Of a stretch of DNA of 35,890 nt, positions 32,365 to 35,890 are shown piece after piece. The notes under the pieces are model-generated. The model was given only the letters and a program-made list of their open reading frames with translations, ran no database searches and was not told where the DNA came from. The position numbers were made by a program, and so were the translations under genes. Source of the DNA: a virus. Taxonomy: Duplodnaviria; Heunggongvirae; Uroviricota; Caudoviricetes. Position 1 is the stretch's first letter. Every line of letters begins with the position of its first letter. The stretch lies in IMG/VR virus record IMGVR_UViG_2909303794_000009, one strand, 5' to 3'.

Positions 32365-33251
32365 TGCCGCTGCTGGATAAGCTGCGTGAGCAGTACGGGG
32401 TCGGACCGGTATGCAGTGAACTGCATATTGCCCCGTCAACGTATTACCACTGTCAGCAACAGCGACATCATCCTGATAAACGCAGTGCCCGTGCTCAGCG
32501 CGATGACTGGCTGAAGAGAGAGATACAGCGCGTATACGATGAAAATCATCAGGTGTACGGTGTGCGTAAAGTCTGGCGCCAGTTGTTACGCGAAGGTATC
32601 AGGGTGGCCAGATGTACAGTGGCGCGCCTCATGGCGGTTATGGGACTTGCCGGTGTTCTCCGGGGTAAAAAGGTCCGTACTACCGTCAGCCGGAAAGCCG
32701 TTTCCGCAGGCGACCGCGTAAACCGTCAGTTCGTGGCAGAACGTCCTGACCAGCTGTGGGTGGCTGATTTTACTTACGTCAGCACATGGCAGGGCTTCGT
32801 CTATGTGGCGTTCATCATTGATGTGTTTGCCGGATGTATCGTGGGGTGGCGAGTCTCATCGTCTATGGAAACGACATTCGTGCTGGATGCACTGGAGCAG
32901 GCGTTGTGGGCCCGTCGGCCGTCCGGCACAGTCCATCACAGTGATAAAGGTTCTCAGTATGTATCACTGGCCTATACGGAGCGACTAAAAGAAGCAAAAC
33001 TGCTGGCATCAACAGGGAGTACAGGTGACTCGTATGACAACGCGATGGCGGAGAGCATCAATGGTCTTTACAAAGCGGAGGTAATACACCGTAAGAGCTG
33101 GAAAAACCGTGCAGAAGTGGAACTGGCCACACTCACGTGGGTGGACTGGTATAACAATCGACGATTGCTGGGAAGGCTGGGTCATATCCCTCCGGCAGAA
33201 GCAGAAAAAGCTTATTATGCTTCCATCAGAAACGATGATCTGGCAGCCTGA
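32364..33251 (+). CDS. IS3-family transposase OrfB (DDE integrase core, 295 aa)
   Basis: …LWVADFTYVSTWQGFVYVAFIIDVFAGCIVGW…HSDKGSQYVS…DNAMAESINGLYKAEVI… DDE-type catalytic core. Confidence 0.85.
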   Translation: MPLLDKLREQYGVGPVCSELHIAPSTYYHCQQQRHHPDKRSARAQRDDWLKREIQRVYDENHQVYGVRKVWRQLLREGIRVARCTVARLMAVMGLAGVLRGKKVRTTVSRKAVSAGDRVNRQFVAERPDQLWVADFTYVSTWQGFVYVAFIIDVFAGCIVGWRVSSSMETTFVLDALEQALWARRPSGTVHHSDKGSQYVSLAYTERLKEAKLLASTGSTGDSYDNAMAESINGLYKAEVIHRKSWKNRAEVELATLTWVDWYNNRRLLGRLGHIPPAEAEKAYYASIRNDDLAA

Positions 33252-33295
33252 GTTCACAGATAAAACACTCTCCAGGAAAACCGGGGCGGTTCATA

Positions 33296-33423
33296 TTCCC
33301 TCCTCCGGTTAAGGATGGAAGAGAGTATCTGTTCCACGAATCAGCGGTAAAGGTTGACTTAAATCGACCAGTAACAGGTAGCCTTTTGAAGAGGATCAGA
33401 AATGGGAAGAAGGCGAAGTCATG
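33296..33423 (+). pseudogene. xis: Excisionase xis, 5'-truncated remnant (C-terminal ~42 codons only)
   Basis: Frame immediately after the IS right end reads FPPPVKDGREYLFHESAVKVDLNRPVTGSLLKRIRNGKKAKS*, the lambda Xis C-terminus, with its stop overlapping the int start; the N-terminal ~30 codons are absent. Confidence 0.7.
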
Positions 33424-34472
33424 AGCGCCGGGATTTACCCCCTAACCTTTATATAAGAAACAATGGATATTACTGCTACAGGGACCCAAGGACGGGTAAA
33501 GAGTTTGGATTAGGCCGAGACAGGCGAATCGCAATCACTGAAGCTATACAGGCCAACATTGAGTTATTTTCAGGACACAAACACAAGCCTCTGACAGCGA
33601 GAATCAACAGTGATAATTCCGTTACGTTACATTCATGGCTTGATCGCTACGAAAAAATCCTGGCCAGCAGAGGAATCAAGCAGAAGACACTCATAAATTA
33701 CATGAGCAAAATTAAAGCAATAAGGAGGGGTCTGCCTGATGCTCCACTTGAAGACATCACCACAAAAGAAATTGCGGCAATGCTCAATGGATACATAGAC
33801 GAGGGCAAGGCGGCATCAGCCAAGTTAATCAGATCAACACTGAGCGATGCATTCCGAGAGGCTATAGCTGAAGGCCATATAACAACAAACCCGGTCGCAG
33901 CCACTCGCGCTGCAAAATCAGAGGTAAGGAGATCAAGACTTACGGCTGACGAATACCTGAAAATTTATCAAGCAGCAGAATCATCACCATGTTGGCTTAG
34001 ACTTGCAATGGAACTGGCTGTTGTTACCGGGCAGCGAGTTGGTGATTTATGCGAAATGAAGTGGTCTGATATCGTAGATGGATATCTTTATGTCGAGCAA
34101 AGCAAAACAGGCGTAAAAATTGCCATCCCAACAACATTGCATGTTGATGCTCTCGGGATATCAATGAAGGAAACACTTGATAAATGCAAAAAGATTCTTG
34201 GCGGAGAAACCATAATTGCATCTACTCGTCGTGAACCGCTTTCATCCGGCACAGTATCAAGGTATTTTATGCGCGCACGAAAAGCATCAGGTCTCTCCTT
34301 CGAAGGGGATCCGCCAACCTTTCACGAGTTGCGCAGTTTGTCTGCAAGACTCTATGAGAAGCAGATAAGCGATAAATTTGCTCAACATCTTCTCGGGCAT
34401 AAGTCGGACACCATGGCATCACAGTATCGTGATGACAGAGGCAGGGAGTGGGACAAAATTGAAATCAAATAA
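33402..34472 (+). CDS. int: Integrase (tyrosine recombinase), lambda Int (356 aa)
   Basis: MGRRRSHERRDLPPNLYIRNNGYYCYRDPRTGKEFGLGRDRRIAITEAIQANIELF… essentially identical to lambda Int as recalled; followed by the att site. Confidence 0.95.
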   Translation: MGRRRSHERRDLPPNLYIRNNGYYCYRDPRTGKEFGLGRDRRIAITEAIQANIELFSGHKHKPLTARINSDNSVTLHSWLDRYEKILASRGIKQKTLINYMSKIKAIRRGLPDAPLEDITTKEIAAMLNGYIDEGKAASAKLIRSTLSDAFREAIAEGHITTNPVAATRAAKSEVRRSRLTADEYLKIYQAAESSPCWLRLAMELAVVTGQRVGDLCEMKWSDIVDGYLYVEQSKTGVKIAIPTTLHVDALGISMKETLDKCKKILGGETIIASTRREPLSSGTVSRYFMRARKASGLSFEGDPPTFHELRSLSARLYEKQISDKFAQHLLGHKSDTMASQYRDDRGREWDKIEIK

Positions 34473-34575
34473 TGATTTTATTTTGACTGATAGTGACCTG
34501 TTCGTTGCAACAAATTGATAAGCAATGCTTTTTTATAATGCCAACTTAGTATAAAAAAGCAGGCTTCAACGGATT
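34473..34575. other. Prophage attachment site attL: P' arm plus 15-bp core GCTTTTTTATACTAA (core ~34546..34560) joined to the bacterial arm
   Basis: Plus strand …CAAATTGATAAGCAATGCTTTTTTATAATGCCAAC-TTAGTATAAAAAAGC-AGGCTTCAACGG…; the reverse complement reads bacterial arm, then core, then lambda P' arm. Confidence 0.85.
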
Positions 34576-34606
34576 CATTTTTCTATTTCATAGCCCGGAG
34601 CAACCT

Positions 34607-35890
34607 GTGAACACATTTTCAGTTTCCCGTCTGGCGCTGGCATTGGCTTTTGGCGTGACGCTGACCGCCTGTAGCTCAACCCCGCCCGATCAACGTCCTT
34701 CTGATCAAACCGCGCCTGGTACCTCTTCTCGCCCGATTCTGTCGGCAAAAGAAGCGCAGAATTTCGATGCTCAACACTATTTTGCATCCCTGACACCAGG
34801 TGCTGCAGCGTGGAATCCTTCCCCGATTACCCTGCCTGCGCAACCTGACTTTGTTGTCGGCCCGGCGGGCACTCAAGGTGTAACGCATACCACGATTCAG
34901 GCGGCGGTAGATGCGGCAATTATCAAGCGTACCAACAAGCGCCAGTATATTGCCGTGATGCCTGGTGAGTATCAGGGAACGGTATATGTCCCTGCCGCTC
35001 CGGGTGGAATTACTCTGTACGGTACAGGTGAAAAACCGATTGATGTGAAGATTGGGCTTTCCCTTGATGGTGGCATGAGCCCTGCCGACTGGCGTCACGA
35101 CGTCAACCCGCGCGGCAAATATATGCCAGGTAAACCAGCGTGGTATATGTACGATAGCTGCCAGAGCAAACGCAGCGACAGTATCGGTGTTCTCTGCTCT
35201 GCGGTCTTCTGGTCACAAAACAATGGCCTGCAACTGCAAAATCTGACCATCGAAAACACGCTGGGCGATAGCGTAGATGCAGGTAACCATCCGGCGGTGG
35301 CACTGCGTACTGATGGTGACCAGGTACAGATTAACAACGTTAACATTCTCGGTCGTCAGAACACCTTCTTTGTCACCAACAGCGGTGTGCAGAACCGTCT
35401 GGAAACGAATCGTCAGCCGCGTACGCTGGTGACCAACAGCTACATTGAAGGGGATGTGGATATCGTTTCTGGTCGCGGCGCAGTGGTGTTCGATAACACC
35501 GAATTCCGCGTGGTGAACTCACGTACTCAGCAAGAAGCGTATGTGTTTGCACCGGCTACGCTGTCCAACATTTACTACGGTTTCCTCGCCGTAAACAGCC
35601 GTTTCAATGCTTTCGGTGATGGTGTGGCGCAACTGGGCCGCTCGCTGGATGTTGATGCCAATACCAACGGTCAGGTGGTGATCCGTGATAGCGCCATCAA
35701 CGAAGGTTTTAACACGGCTAAACCGTGGGCCGATGCGGTGATCTCTAATCGTCCGTTTGCGGGTAATACCGGCAGCGTAGATGATAACGACGAAATACAG
35801 CGCAATCTGAATGACACTAACTACAACCGCATGTGGGAATACAATAACCGCGGCGTGGGTAGTAAAGTGGTTGCAGAGGCGAAGAAGTAA
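34607..35890 (+). CDS. ybhC: Host outer-membrane lipoprotein YbhC (pectinesterase-like, 427 aa)
   Basis: (V/M)NTFSVSRLALALAFGVTLTAC lipoprotein signal; right-handed beta-helix-like repeats; recognised as the chromosomal gene flanking the lambda attachment site on the gal side. Confidence 0.85.
   Translation: MNTFSVSRLALALAFGVTLTACSSTPPDQRPSDQTAPGTSSRPILSAKEAQNFDAQHYFASLTPGAAAWNPSPITLPAQPDFVVGPAGTQGVTHTTIQAAVDAAIIKRTNKRQYIAVMPGEYQGTVYVPAAPGGITLYGTGEKPIDVKIGLSLDGGMSPADWRHDVNPRGKYMPGKPAWYMYDSCQSKRSDSIGVLCSAVFWSQNNGLQLQNLTIENTLGDSVDAGNHPAVALRTDGDQVQINNVNILGRQNTFFVTNSGVQNRLETNRQPRTLVTNSYIEGDVDIVSGRGAVVFDNTEFRVVNSRTQQEAYVFAPATLSNIYYGFLAVNSRFNAFGDGVAQLGRSLDVDANTNGQVVIRDSAINEGFNTAKPWADAVISNRPFAGNTGSVDDNDEIQRNLNDTNYNRMWEYNNRGVGSKVVAEAKK

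Larger units (their letters stand above)
31984..33293 (+). mobile_element. IS3-family insertion sequence, IS629/IS1203/IS3411-like (~1310 bp)
   Basis: Terminal inverted repeats TGAACCGCCCCGGG… (left) and …CCGGGGCGGTTCA (right); orfA/orfB pair inside; flanking triplets differ (GAG vs TAT), so no target-site duplication. Confidence 0.85.

Noticed and set aside
31972-32439. 155-aa minus-strand ORF
   Set aside because: Lies antisense across the IS left end and orfA; the IS transposase frames explain this region.
33009-33257. 82-aa minus-strand ORF at the IS right end
   Set aside because: Antisense to the transposase orfB; no support as a separate gene.

Overview
The window is almost entirely a lambda-like prophage, read here in reverse orientation: the late operon runs on the minus strand from about 27.1 kb down to 1, and the prophage ends at a lambda attL core beside the host gene ybhC (34607..35890). 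Content, from the proteins in the ORF track and motifs read in the DNA: lysis cassette S-R-Rz/Rz1, a lambda-type cos site, and a complete lambda-type head and tail gene set (Nu1, A, W, B, C/Nu3, D, E, FI, FII, Z, U, V, G/T, H, M, L, K, I, J, lom, stf, tfa). Upstream of the lysis genes lie an orphan DNA methyltransferase, a small winged-helix ORF, an NmpC/Lc-type porin on the opposite strand, a phage-82/QuuD-type Q antiterminator, ylcG and rusA. The main anomaly is that an IS3-family element (IS629-like, 31984..33293) sits exactly where the whole early region should be: only the last ~42 codons of xis plus intact int remain on one side and nin-region genes on the other, so no repressor, N, replication or recombination genes are present. 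This looks like a defective prophage that still carries a complete late operon. I did not find a clear previously undescribed system; the best candidates are the winged-helix/methyltransferase pair and an RHH/DUF1398 pair next to cos, both hypotheses only. Product names rest on my recognition of the translated ORFs, not on any search. Coordinates of CDSs follow the ORF track; coordinates of non-ORF sites were hand-counted and may be off by 1-2 nt.
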